From Planctomycetota bacterium (GTDB lineage Bacteria > Planctomycetota > SZUA-567 > H5-PLA8): DNA of 64,000 bases. The translations under genes and the position numbers were made by a program. Within the stretch, counting starts at the first letter, position 1, and every line of letters starts with the position of its first letter. This document shows positions 11,051 to 20,190 of this stretch, piece by piece. The DNA lies in assembly GCA_038227875.1 (NCBI GenBank), contig JBBRPR010000007.1, positions 96,001 through 160,000 on the forward strand. The letters run 5' to 3'. The notes under the pieces are model-generated. The model was not told where the DNA came from. It ran no database searches and saw only the letters and a program-made list of their open reading frames with translations.

Positions 11051-11890
11051 CTAACTTTGCTTTCCCAACTCACGGCTGCGTTCGGCGGCCCGCCGGATGG
11101 CGGCGACGATCCTGGGTTTCACTTCCGTTGCATCCAGCCGTTCAATCGCGGCCTGCGTCGTGCCGTTGGGACTGGTGACGCGCTTGCGAAGCTCCTCGGG
11201 CGGCAATTTCGTGTCTTCCAGCATCTTGGCCGCACCCAACACGGTGCGCGATGCCAGCAGACTCGCCTGCTCCCGCGTAAAGCCTTCCGCGATCCCGGCG
11301 TCGATCATCGCCTCTACCAGGTAGAACAGGTAAGCCGGACCACTGCCTGACAACCCGGTTACGGCATCCATCATGCGTTCTTCTACACGCAGGGTCAACG
11401 ACCCGCTCGAAAAAAGTTCCTCGATCAGCGCCAAGTCCTCGCTGCGGGTATGTGCACCCGCGCAAAGGCAACTGGCGCCAAGACCTACCAACATGGGTGT
11501 ATTCGGCATCACGCGGACAACCCGCGCGCCACTCGGCAGAAACTTCTCGAGGCGGGATGTGGGAACTCCGGCACAGATCGACGCCAGCACATGGTGCTCT
11601 GGACGGAACACGGCCGCGATTTGCTTCAACACATCGTCAGTTTGTTGCGGTTTTACGCAAAGCACAACCACTTCAGAACTGCTGACCACTTCCTGATTGT
11701 TCTCGGTGGTGCGAATTTTTAGCGATTCAGCGATGAACTGCCGGCGTTCCGCGGATACATCGCTCGCGGTCACGGCCGAAGGGGCGATCGTTCCGGCGCT
11801 CAGCACGCCGCGAATCAGGGCTTCGGCCATGTTGCCAGCGCCAAGCAAGCCCAGCGTTCGATTCTGCAACAATTTCGCGGGTGCGTTCAC
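11051..11890 (-). CDS. proC: Pyrroline-5-carboxylate reductase
   Basis: GAGNMA, VKPQ, RVMPNTP, SGSGPAY and VTSPNGTT motifs. GTG start approximate. Confidence 0.95.
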   Translation of the reverse strand: MNAPAKLLQNRTLGLLGAGNMAEALIRGVLSAGTIAPSAVTASDVSAERRQFIAESLKIRTTENNQEVVSSSEVVVLCVKPQQTDDVLKQIAAVFRPEHHVLASICAGVPTSRLEKFLPSGARVVRVMPNTPMLVGLGASCLCAGAHTRSEDLALIEELFSSGSLTLRVEERMMDAVTGLSGSGPAYLFYLVEAMIDAGIAEGFTREQASLLASRTVLGAAKMLEDTKLPPEELRKRVTSPNGTTQAAIERLDATEVKPRIVAAIRRAAERSRELGKQS

Positions 11891-12080
11891 GGAATGCCCT
11901 TCAAAAAACAAGGCCAAGCGGCACGGTATAAAAATATTTCAAAGTCAGTTCGCATTCTATACGGAGACGCGCCGGGCGCAATTCGTTATAACGGTGTCTT
12001 CCCTACGGCCCGATATTTGTGCGATGCGCGATTCCGATCGCTGGAGTTCCAAGAGCTATGAGCCAGGAGCCAAGAGCCGC

Positions 12081-13400
12081 ATGAGCGCACATCTCTTCGT
12101 CCGTACCGGCCCCAACAGCGGCGAGGTCTATCCCCTGCCCGCCGACAGCGTCACCGTCGGCCGCGGGCGCAATTGCGGCGTGCGGCTCGCCGATCCGTTT
12201 GTCTCGCGTGAGCATTTTCGCATCGACAGCCGCCAGAGCGGCCACTGGGTCGTCGATCTTGGTAGCATGAACTGCACCGCCGTCAACGGCATGCCGGTGG
12301 AGAGCAAACAGCTGGAGTCCGGCGACGAAATCTTCATCGGCTCGACCCGCATGCTCTATTTCCCGAAGCACATTCCCGATGCCAGTTCCTCCGGACGAGC
12401 CAGCGAGATTTCCCGCACGCTGATGGCCCGCGATTTCGCCTCGGAAGCGCGCTTCGAAATGATTGGCACCTGCGAGGCCATGCGCGCGCTCTACGCCATG
12501 ATCGACCGCGTCGCGCCACTGGAATCCACCGTGATGATCACCGGCGAAAGCGGCACCGGCAAGGAACTGGTCGCGCGCGCCTTGCATCAAAATGGTCCGC
12601 GCTCCGAAGGCCCGCTGGTCAGCGTCAACTGCGCGGGGATTCCGAAGGAACTGGCCGAAAGCGAACTCTTCGGCCACGAAAAAGGCGCCTTCACCGGCGC
12701 GCACGCACAGCGCATCGGCAAGTTCGAACTGGCCAACGGCGGCACGCTCTTTCTCGACGAGATCGGCGAACTGGCGCTCGATTGCCAGGCCAAGCTCCTG
12801 CGCGTGCTGGAAGAGCGCAAGATCACGCGCATCGGCGGCGAACGGGATTACAAGGTCAACGTCCGCGTCGTCGCCGCCACGCACCGCAATCTTCACGAGA
12901 TGGTGCGCGCCGGCACGTTCCGCCAGGACCTGCTCTACCGCCTGGAAGTGATCGGCCTGAAAATTCCGGCGCTGCGAGACCGCGTCGGCGACATCGAAGC
13001 GCTCGCGCGCCATTTTCTCGACCACTACCGCGAAAAAGTCGGACGCCGCGTCAGCGACTTTGCGCCTGCGGCGCTGGAGCGCCTGAAACGCTACGATTGG
13101 CCCGGCAACGTCCGTGAACTGAAAAACGTGATCGAGCGCGCCGTGATCATGGGATTCAATGAGACCGTCGAAGCCGCCGAAATCTTTCTCCCGGAAAGCC
13201 ACGTCTCGAAGCCACCGTCGAAAAGCCCGTTCGCGGGCACCTTCATTCCGCTCGATCAAGTAATCCAGATCGCCGCCAAACGGCACATAGAACATGCGCT
13301 GGAACTGAGCGAAGGAAACAAGAAGAAAGCGGCCGAACTGCTCGGCATTCCACGCTCGAGCTTGTACGACGTGCTGAAGAAATACGGCGTGGACGGATGA
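12081..13400 (+). CDS. Sigma54-dependent enhancer-binding protein with N-terminal FHA domain
   Basis: FHA (VGRG...VSREH...DLGSMN). GESGTGKE, ELFGHEKGAFTGA, LFLDEIG, WPGNVREL and a Fis-type HTH. Confidence 0.95.
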   Translation: MSAHLFVRTGPNSGEVYPLPADSVTVGRGRNCGVRLADPFVSREHFRIDSRQSGHWVVDLGSMNCTAVNGMPVESKQLESGDEIFIGSTRMLYFPKHIPDASSSGRASEISRTLMARDFASEARFEMIGTCEAMRALYAMIDRVAPLESTVMITGESGTGKELVARALHQNGPRSEGPLVSVNCAGIPKELAESELFGHEKGAFTGAHAQRIGKFELANGGTLFLDEIGELALDCQAKLLRVLEERKITRIGGERDYKVNVRVVAATHRNLHEMVRAGTFRQDLLYRLEVIGLKIPALRDRVGDIEALARHFLDHYREKVGRRVSDFAPAALERLKRYDWPGNVRELKNVIERAVIMGFNETVEAAEIFLPESHVSKPPSKSPFAGTFIPLDQVIQIAAKRHIEHALELSEGNKKKAAELLGIPRSSLYDVLKKYGVDG

Positions 13401-13408
13401 GGGTTGCA

Positions 13409-13498
13409 GATAGTTTTGAGTTGTGAGTTTTTAGTTTTGAGTTGCTGCCGCGAAAGGCAAATCTCAACTCAAAACTTAAAGCGCAACACTCAAAACTA
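13409..13498. repeat. Heptamer family A element with both inverted arms
   Basis: Left arm GATAGTTTTGAGTTGTGAGTTTTTAGTTTTGAGTTG; right arm CAACTCAAAACTTAAAGCGCAACACTCAAAACTA. Confidence 0.8.
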
Positions 13499-13517
13499 CC
13501 TCCGCAGCTCCCCTCAT

Positions 13518-13558
13518 GCGTCGAGCCCCCGACGCTTCCTGTGTCGAGATCTCGACAC
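13518..13558. promoter_or_regulatory. Two 18-bp palindromes, candidate bEBP upstream activating sequences
   Basis: GCGTCG-N6-CGACGC (13518-13535) and the perfect GTGTCGAGATCTCGACAC (13541-13558), about 95-135 bp upstream of a -24/-12 promoter. Confidence 0.65.
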
Positions 13559-13652
13559 CCCTCGCAGTTTGTTCCGACCGTCGACGTCGGATGAAAAACC
13601 TAAGAACAGATACTGTCTCGACTTACATGATAGTGATCGCGCGCCCTCCCGC

Positions 13653-13668
13653 TGGCATTGCTGTTGCT
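13653..13668 (+). promoter_or_regulatory. Sigma54 (-24/-12) promoter
   Basis: TGGCAT-TGCTG-TTGCT has exact GG-N10-GC spacing, followed by a GAGGAGG RBS and ATG 13698. Confidence 0.75.
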
Positions 13669-13697
13669 CTTCTCCACACAGAGGATCGAGGAGGGGG

Positions 13698-14000
13698 ATG
13701 GCGATGAAGACGACGAAGGCGGTGAACACGATGAAAACCATGCAGCGCGCGGTGATGATTCTGGTGGCGGCGGGGATGGGCCTGGGGTTGACCGGCTGCG
13801 TCCACAATCGCAACGACGACGATGACGACGATCGTCCGCAAGCCTACGATCAGGTCGGCGAAGTGAAGGTCTTCGACGAACGCCCGAAAGTCGTGCACGT
13901 GAAGTCCGTCGCCCCGGTGGCAGTGAAGCACGTCCAGGTCGTCACGACCAAGCATGAACAGCGCTTCGACCAGATCGGTGAAACCGACGTCGCGGAATAG
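13698..14000 (+). CDS. Small acidic lipoprotein
   Basis: Strong RBS, hydrophobic signal ending in lipobox LTG-C, poly-Asp and a repeated (Y/F)DQ(V/I)GE motif. Confidence 0.75.
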   Translation: MAMKTTKAVNTMKTMQRAVMILVAAGMGLGLTGCVHNRNDDDDDDRPQAYDQVGEVKVFDERPKVVHVKSVAPVAVKHVQVVTTKHEQRFDQIGETDVAE

Positions 14001-14182
14001 TCTCGCGCAAAGACGCAAAGGCGCAAAGAACAGCAACGGCTTTGGATTGTTTTCCCTTAGCGTCAGCTGTCCCTAAAGGAGGAATGTGTTGGCTTTTAAC
14101 CATCGGATAAATTTATGCCGAGGTACTCCGCCTAACTAATTCGTTCGTGCAGTTCATTGCGCCTTTGCGTCTTTGCGCGAGA
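14001..14182. repeat. Inverted-repeat element with 31-bp arms built of (A/G)CGCAAAG octamers and an AT-richer spacer
   Basis: 14001-14031 matches the reverse complement of 14152-14182 at 30/31. A related single arm lies at about 27170-27208. Confidence 0.9.
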
Positions 14183-14206
14183 TAAAGAAGTGTGTATTTT
14201 CACCGC

Positions 14207-14659
14207 ATGAAAAGTCTCTACGACTCCGAGCGTGTTACGGAACTCAAGCAACGCATGTCCAAACTGAAACCCGACAGTCCGCGCCAGTGGGGCACCATGA
14301 ATCCCGCGCAGGCCATGGCGCATTGCTGCGGCGGCCTGGAATGGGCCGTGGGCGACGCCGTCCCGCCACGCATGTTCATCGGGAGACTCATCGGCTGGAT
14401 GGTCAAGTCCATGGTGCTGCGCGACGACGAACCGATGCGCAAAAATTCGCCGACGTCCAACGACATCGTGGTGAAAGACAATCGCGATCTGAACGAGGAA
14501 CGCGCGCGCTTAATCACCCTGATCGACCGCTTCGTTGCCGCCGGTCCAAAAGGCTGCACCACACACCCGCACAGTTTCTTCGGACCGCTCACTCCGAACG
14601 AATGGGCCGTGCTGATGTACAAACACGTCGACCACCATCTGCGGCAGTTTGGAGTGTGA
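14207..14659 (+). CDS. DUF1569 (DinB-like) protein
   Basis: QWGTMNPAQAMAHC...HPHSFFGPLTPNEW...KHVDHHLRQFGV. Confidence 0.9.
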   Translation: MKSLYDSERVTELKQRMSKLKPDSPRQWGTMNPAQAMAHCCGGLEWAVGDAVPPRMFIGRLIGWMVKSMVLRDDEPMRKNSPTSNDIVVKDNRDLNEERARLITLIDRFVAAGPKGCTTHPHSFFGPLTPNEWAVLMYKHVDHHLRQFGV

Positions 14660-14669
14660 ACAGCAACAA

Positions 14670-14859
14670 ATGGGATCGGGGATCTGGCATCAGGCATCGG
14701 TCGTTGGGAAGTTGTAACTGACACAGTGCGCGTGCCGAAAATAACTTGGCTTTGAAAAGGAAGCTTTCTGAAATTACCGATCCCAGCAGAACGCGATTCC
14801 ACCTTGCTCTAACACATTGACCGGCGCCCGATGCCTGATCCCCGATCCCATCCGTTCGT
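14670..14859. repeat. Heptamer family B element (GGGATCG/GGCATCA arms in inverted orientation)
   Basis: Arms at 14670-14701 and 14828-14859. The same arms recur at 52755-52949. Confidence 0.85.
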
Positions 14860-14879
14860 TCTTCTTCCCCGTTCGTTCT

Positions 14880-15122
14880 TTAGTTCTTAACTTTGAGCTT
14901 TGAATTGGCTTCAACATACGACGGCGGATGCGTCGTGCACGCGTTGGCCTTGCCGCTTTCCGGAATCGTGTTCTTCTCCTCGTGGCCGCAACCACACCCG
15001 CCTGCGCAGCGGCCGGGCTTCGCCGGTCGCGTCGCCGCGATCAGCGGACCGATCAGCAGTTTCGCGGCCCACAGTACGGCCGCGGCAACGATGGCGATGG
15101 CGATGAGTGTCTGTTTATCCAT
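14880..15122 (-). CDS. FeoB-associated Cys-rich membrane protein
   Basis: Single TM followed by CAGGCGC, directly downstream of feoB. Confidence 0.75.
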   Translation of the reverse strand: MDKQTLIAIAIVAAAVLWAAKLLIGPLIAATRPAKPGRCAGGCGCGHEEKNTIPESGKANACTTHPPSYVEANSKLKVKN

Positions 15123-15146
15123 AAGGCACGTCCTTCGGTACTGCGC

Positions 15147-17414
15147 TTACTGCGTGATCTTTTGCAGGCCCAGCGCCATGGCTCCGGCGTACGCGGCCCA
15201 CGCTCCAATATACGCCAAAACCGTCATATACGTGAATGAAAACAGTGGCCAGCGCCACGAATTCGTTTCGCGGCGGATGATCGCCAGCGTCGCCGCGCAC
15301 TGGCTGCAGAGCGCAAAGAAGACCATGATCGAGAGCGCTACCGGGATGTTGAACAGCGGCGCCGGCGAATTGTCCCACGTCGCTTCCTTCATCGCCTTGC
15401 CCAGGTCTTCGGTCTCTTCGCCTTTGCCTTTGCCCAGATTGAAAATCGTGCGCATCGTCGAGACGATGACTTCGCGCGCGGGAAAAGATGCAATCGCGCC
15501 CATAGAAATGCGCCAGTCCCAGCCCAACGGCTTGAACGCCCACTCCACCGAATGGCCCATGCGGCCGAAGTAGCTCTGCCGCAGGTACTCACCGTCTTCC
15601 GCTTTCGCCAGATCGTCCTGAGCGTCTTTGACTTCCTTCGCTTCGGGATCCTTGGCCTTTTCCACAAACGCCGCGCGTTGGCGTTCATAGTTTTCGTGAA
15701 TGCTTGCCGGATGCGGGAAATACGACAGCGCCCACACCACGATGCTCACCGAGAGAATGATCGTCCCCGCACGCACGGCGAACGCCTTACCGCGGTCGTA
15801 GACGCGCATCAGCACCGTGCGCCAGTCGGGAATCTTGTACGACGGCAATTCGATCAGGAACGGCGGCGTCTCTCCCTTCAGCAGCGTTTTCTTGAGCAGC
15901 CAGGCCACCGGCACCGCCACAAATAGCCCGACGCAGTACATCCCGAACAAGGTCAATCCCTGCAGCGTGAAGACGCCGCCCAGGTACTTCCGCTCGGGAA
16001 TGAAGGTGCCGATCAAAATCATATAAACGGGGAGGCGCGCCGAACAGCTCATCAGCGGAGCAACCAGAATCGTCGTCAGCCGGTCGCGCGGATTTTCAAT
16101 CGTGCGCGTCGACATGATCCCCGGCACCGCGCAGGCGAAACTCGAAAGCATCGGAATAAACGATTTTCCCGACAACCCGACGCGCGAAAGCAGCCGGTCC
16201 ATCAAGAACGCCGCGCGCGACATGTAGCCGCAGTCTTCCATGATCGCGATAAAGAAAAAGAGCACGCAGATCTGCGGCAGAAACGTCATCACGCCGCCGA
16301 CGCCGGCAATCGCGCCGTCGACGAGCAGGCTTTTCAGCGCGCCTTCGGCCATGTGATTGCCGACAAACTCACCCAGCTTGTCGAAGCCGCTGGAAATCAG
16401 TTCCATCACCGGCTTCGACCACGTGAAAATTGATTGGAACACGATCAGCATCAGCAGCGCGAACAGCAGTGTTCCTGAGAACCAATGCGTGGCGATCTTG
16501 TCGATGGTGTCGGATTTCGTCGGCGGCGGCTGAGCCGGACGGTGCAGCGACGGCCCCAGCACCTGCTTGACCCACGCGTAGCGGACGCGCACTTCCTCCG
16601 CCGGGAGCGGGATCTTGCTGGCCCGGCCGCGGCGTTCGTCGAGCGTCTTGGTGAAATCCGCGCCGAGCACTCCGGCCAGCCGCGTTTCAGCGTAGCCGCC
16701 CTTGTCGATCAGGATGCGGAACGCCTCGAGACGGTTGACGTCGCGGCCGATCTTCCCCGCCGCGCCGTGGAGATCCGTGTGAAGCCCATCGGCTTCCTTC
16801 TGCAGCGGTTCGGGAAACACCGGCAGCTTTCCGGCTGGCGGCTTGCCCTGGGTCAGCATCTTCTGCAGCGCCGCGCGGAGTTCCGGCAGTCCCGTTCCCT
16901 TGTTGGCGCAGACGGGAATCACCGGCGTGCCCAGCGCTTCCGACAGTTTCGTCGCATCGATGGTGATGCCTTTGGTCTCGGCCACATCCATCATATTCAA
17001 TGCGACAACGACCGGCAGGTGCAGCTCGCACAGCTGCGAAATCAGATAAAAATTGCGCTCGGGGTTGCTGGCATCGGCGATCGCCAGGATCGCATCGATC
17101 TTGTTCGAGCCCTGCTGCTGTCCGAGCAGCACGTCGACGGCGATCATTTCGTCCGGACTGCGCGCCGCCAGGCTATACGTACCGGGAAGGTCAATCAGAT
17201 CGACGACCGCTTTGTCGTCCAGCTTCAGCGCGCCGACTTTGCGTTCAACCGTGACACCGGGATAGTTTCCGACGTGTTGATTCAGTCCCGTGAGGGCATT
17301 GAATAACGTGGTTTTTCCGGTGTTGGGATTGCCGATCAGCGCGATGGAGGCGGCGCGCTTTGCAGCAGGATCACGCGCGGGTACCGCCAGCGCGTCGGAA
17401 CCGGGGGTGCTCAT
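15147..17414 (-). CDS. feoB: Ferrous iron transporter B
   Basis: GNPNTGKT, VGNYPGVTVE, DLPGTYS, NMMD and membrane motifs SCSARLP and ELPSY. Confidence 0.97.
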   Translation of the reverse strand: MSTPGSDALAVPARDPAAKRAASIALIGNPNTGKTTLFNALTGLNQHVGNYPGVTVERKVGALKLDDKAVVDLIDLPGTYSLAARSPDEMIAVDVLLGQQQGSNKIDAILAIADASNPERNFYLISQLCELHLPVVVALNMMDVAETKGITIDATKLSEALGTPVIPVCANKGTGLPELRAALQKMLTQGKPPAGKLPVFPEPLQKEADGLHTDLHGAAGKIGRDVNRLEAFRILIDKGGYAETRLAGVLGADFTKTLDERRGRASKIPLPAEEVRVRYAWVKQVLGPSLHRPAQPPPTKSDTIDKIATHWFSGTLLFALLMLIVFQSIFTWSKPVMELISSGFDKLGEFVGNHMAEGALKSLLVDGAIAGVGGVMTFLPQICVLFFFIAIMEDCGYMSRAAFLMDRLLSRVGLSGKSFIPMLSSFACAVPGIMSTRTIENPRDRLTTILVAPLMSCSARLPVYMILIGTFIPERKYLGGVFTLQGLTLFGMYCVGLFVAVPVAWLLKKTLLKGETPPFLIELPSYKIPDWRTVLMRVYDRGKAFAVRAGTIILSVSIVVWALSYFPHPASIHENYERQRAAFVEKAKDPEAKEVKDAQDDLAKAEDGEYLRQSYFGRMGHSVEWAFKPLGWDWRISMGAIASFPAREVIVSTMRTIFNLGKGKGEETEDLGKAMKEATWDNSPAPLFNIPVALSIMVFFALCSQCAATLAIIRRETNSWRWPLFSFTYMTVLAYIGAWAAYAGAMALGLQKITQ

Positions 17415-17497
17415 GAGGCGATCTCGGGAGAATCAGTCAGCGCCATCCGTCCCAATCGTCCCAGAAAGCTTATCGGCCGCATATATATAGCGGCCCG

Positions 17498-17737
17498 TCA
17501 GCCCGCGTGAACTTCATTGACTTCTACCAACTTCGCTTCGGCCTTGCGGAGCGAAAGATTGTAGCCCTGCAGACGAATTTCCATCGGGTCGCCCAGCGGC
17601 GCGAAACGCACGACCGACAACTCCGCACCTTCAAAAACGCCCATTTCCAGCAAACGCTGGTATATGGCAGTACCCGTCCCCGAGACCGCAAGAACAGTCG
17701 CGCGTTGGCCGGGCTTTAATTGATCGAGGGTCGTCAT
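17498..17737 (-). CDS. feoA: FeoA
   Basis: RLLEMG...APLGDP...LSLRKAEA. Confidence 0.95.
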   Translation of the reverse strand: MTTLDQLKPGQRATVLAVSGTGTAIYQRLLEMGVFEGAELSVVRFAPLGDPMEIRLQGYNLSLRKAEAKLVEVNEVHAG

Positions 17738-17970
17738 TCAGCGGTTACGGCGACTTCCGCGCCAATCTGCTTGGCGTCTTCACGGCGGAGACAAATTCGG
17801 CTATTGCCAATCTGCACGAGCATAGGGCAGCCGTGCTGGATCATCTTCACCCACGCGCCCGGGATCACGCCCAGTTCACGCAGACGGTCAGCGTGGGACG
17901 ACGCACCGACGATCTCGGTCACGACGCCCTCTTCACCAGATTTCCAGCAACACAAGCGATTAGCGCTCAT
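17734..17970 (-). CDS. feoA: Second FeoA-family protein
   Basis: RLRELGVIPG...ICLRREDA; overlaps the next feoA by ATGA. Confidence 0.85.
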   Translation of the reverse strand: MSANRLCCWKSGEEGVVTEIVGASSHADRLRELGVIPGAWVKMIQHGCPMLVQIGNSRICLRREDAKQIGAEVAVTAE

Positions 17971-18014
17971 CTACTCGGTCCTTTGCAGCAGGCTGCTAGA
18001 ACGTCTCTTTGGCA

Positions 18015-18031
18015 CTGAGAATCATTCTCAA
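18015..18031. promoter_or_regulatory. Fur-box-like operator
   Basis: Perfect 7-1-7 inverted repeat TGAGAAT-C-ATTCTCA about 45 bp upstream of the feo operon. Confidence 0.8.
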
Positions 18032-18335
18032 AGAGTCCTGAGTACTGTACCTGCTCGCCGTTCACTGTCAACATCGTAGTGCGCAGATTTGATGGAAACT
18101 CCAAATTTCTGACCAGCAGCCTCGCAAGTCGCTCGTTTGAGGTGCATGACTGCTCAATTTCGATCGCCTTGCTCACCTCTTCATTCTACACCATGCCTAT
18201 ATGATAATCGACAGGTTTCATGGGTATATAAAGCACTTCGCCTCGTTAGGAGTATCTTCAGTGATGGTATACTGTATGCTTAGTTCTTGAGGGGGTTGAC
18301 TTTGTTGCGGATTGCGACAACTTGAGGAAACAACT

Positions 18336-18974
18336 GTGGACGCTTGGAAAGACGCCATTTTCTTGTTCGAATCAGCTGCTGTACCCGATGAATTGAAGCT
18401 GATCGACCACATTGCGGCTAATTTTAAAAATTTGCAGGGTGGCGAGGCCACCCTGCTACAATCGTGTCACACTTTGGACGAAGCCGCCGTTGGAATTGAC
18501 AGCTTTAAAGCCAAAACCTGTGGCAGCGCTTACAGTTTGGCGATCATCAACTTGAACCACTTCGGCACGCGCGAAGAGTTCAATTTCCTGATGCAGCCCA
18601 ACCTGCTGGGCGATCCCCGCATAATTTTCCTGGCCTCGCTGAAATCCATGGCCGGCGAATCGTACACCTTCGCCAAAAACAAGGTCAACCGCGAAGCCGA
18701 TACCTCCTACGGCGCCCCGAGCTGCATCGACTGCTACGCCGCCTCCAACCGCGAAGAAGCCGCCCCTCGTTTGGCCTTGCTGGCCAAAGCCTACCTCAAG
18801 GAAGGCGAGAAGCGCATGGAAGCCAAGCGCAGCGGCACCGCCATCCTGCTCGACACCGAAGCCCTGCAACAGCTCCGCGTCTCCACCACAACGTACTATG
18901 GTAACCGCGGCCGCACCTCTGGCGTCTTCCGCAGCGTCGGCACCGGCGAGTCCGGCGTCATTCGAAAACTCTAA
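18336..18974 (+). CDS. Hypothetical protein, possible degenerate receiver domain with Ser/Thr/Gly-rich tail
   Basis: GAGGA RBS before GTG 18336. Alternating beta/alpha pattern AIFLFE / LQSCHTLDEA / LAIINL / PRIIFLAS. Confidence 0.65.
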   Translation: MDAWKDAIFLFESAAVPDELKLIDHIAANFKNLQGGEATLLQSCHTLDEAAVGIDSFKAKTCGSAYSLAIINLNHFGTREEFNFLMQPNLLGDPRIIFLASLKSMAGESYTFAKNKVNREADTSYGAPSCIDCYAASNREEAAPRLALLAKAYLKEGEKRMEAKRSGTAILLDTEALQQLRVSTTTYYGNRGRTSGVFRSVGTGESGVIRKL

Positions 18975-18977
18975 ACA

Positions 18978-19037
18978 GCATTGCGAATTTCGAAATGCAG
19001 ATTGCGGATTGGCGAAGAACGCCAATCCGTTTTGTTT
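18978..19037 (+). repeat. Heptamer family C arm (GCGGATT) ending in a terminator-like hairpin
   Basis: 52/60 ungapped identity to the reverse complement of 23344-23403. Contains GGATTGGC-N7-GCCAATCC followed by GTTTTGTTT. Confidence 0.9.
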
Positions 19038-19076
19038 AAAGGCGTCGCTGCCGGCAATTCCGTGCCCCCAGAAATC

Positions 19077-20168
19077 TTAATCCAGCCGCAAACGCACCGG
19101 CACGCAGACTTGGAGCGCCGGCAAGTCGGGATTGTCGCGGCGTTCGGCCAGGCGTGCGACGGCCACGCGAGCCATCGTGCTGGCGCTCCAGACCACGGCC
19201 GGCGGAGGAGGCGCGCCCTTGAACGCGGGCAGAAAGTCGCGCTCATAATTGTCTTCACGGCACCAGCCGACGACGTGGAAGTCGACGCCCTGCTTCAAGC
19301 CCAGTTCGTCGGCGGCCTTCGCCACGGCCAGCACTTGTCCCAGCCAGAGCGCAATGATGCCGTCGGGGCGATCTTTTCGGGTCAGCAGCTTGCGCGCCGC
19401 CGCCAGTTCCTCACCCACTGCAGCCGCTTGAATCTGATCCCGCGTCAACGGCCGGCCAGCTAGCGCCAGAGTCGCCGACGCGCCGCCGAAGCGCGTCAGT
19501 GTGTGCATGTTCTCGTCGACCTGACCGAGCCACACGATTTTGCGGCAGCCTTTGCCCAGCAGGTATTGCGCGGCCAGTCGTCCGCCCTGATGCCCGTCCT
19601 GCATGATCGAATCAACGCCGGCGAGACCTTCGATCCGTTCATCGAGCATCAGCACGGGCACGCCGGTCCGCTGAATCGCGCGCACGATCGCCTCATCTTT
19701 AACTGAAACTGCGGCGGCAAACGCGCGAGAGAGTCCCAGCCGTTCCACAATTTCTTCGGGGCGGAGCTGCCCGGCCACCATCGCCAGCAGCGGCCAGCCG
19801 CGCGCGTCGGCGGCGTGTTTCAACTGGGAGTGCAGTTCAGCATGGACGTCCATCCAGTTGCCTGTCGAAGACGAGCTGTGGTTGACGAAAACCAACGGAC
19901 ACCCGCGGTCCGGATTGTTGACCTTCGCCAGGACGCGGTATCCTTGCCGCGCCTCGGCGACAACCAGCCGCTCCGCCGCCAGCGCCTTCAACGCGCGCCG
20001 GACCGTATTCTGCGCCACCGCGTACTGCGTCGCCAGTTGCCGTTCAGTGGGAAGAAACTGGCCGGGCGAATACTTCCCCGAATCGATCTCCGCCCGCAGC
20101 GCGTTGAGCACTTCGCTGGAAGAGCGGCCCACCGGCAACTCTGATTTTGCGATCTCAGTGCTTGGCAT
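19077..20168 (-). CDS. GntR-HTH plus LacI-type ligand-binding regulator (AraR-like architecture)
   Basis: PGQFLPTERQLA...TVRRAL HTH followed by a periplasmic-binding-protein-like domain (AAQYLLGKGCRKI, RPDGII). Confidence 0.9.
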   Translation of the reverse strand: MPSTEIAKSELPVGRSSSEVLNALRAEIDSGKYSPGQFLPTERQLATQYAVAQNTVRRALKALAAERLVVAEARQGYRVLAKVNNPDRGCPLVFVNHSSSSTGNWMDVHAELHSQLKHAADARGWPLLAMVAGQLRPEEIVERLGLSRAFAAAVSVKDEAIVRAIQRTGVPVLMLDERIEGLAGVDSIMQDGHQGGRLAAQYLLGKGCRKIVWLGQVDENMHTLTRFGGASATLALAGRPLTRDQIQAAAVGEELAAARKLLTRKDRPDGIIALWLGQVLAVAKAADELGLKQGVDFHVVGWCREDNYERDFLPAFKGAPPPPAVVWSASTMARVAVARLAERRDNPDLPALQVCVPVRLRLD

Positions 20169-20190
20169 GGTGACTCCACCCTGTCTCTGG

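Noticed and set aside
11697..12080. N-terminal extension of the bEBP ORF
   Set aside because: Overlaps proC on the opposite strand; the FHA domain starts at ATG 12081.
17967..18176. 69-aa ORF upstream of feoA
   Set aside because: No recognisable features, and it spans the Fur box/promoter region.
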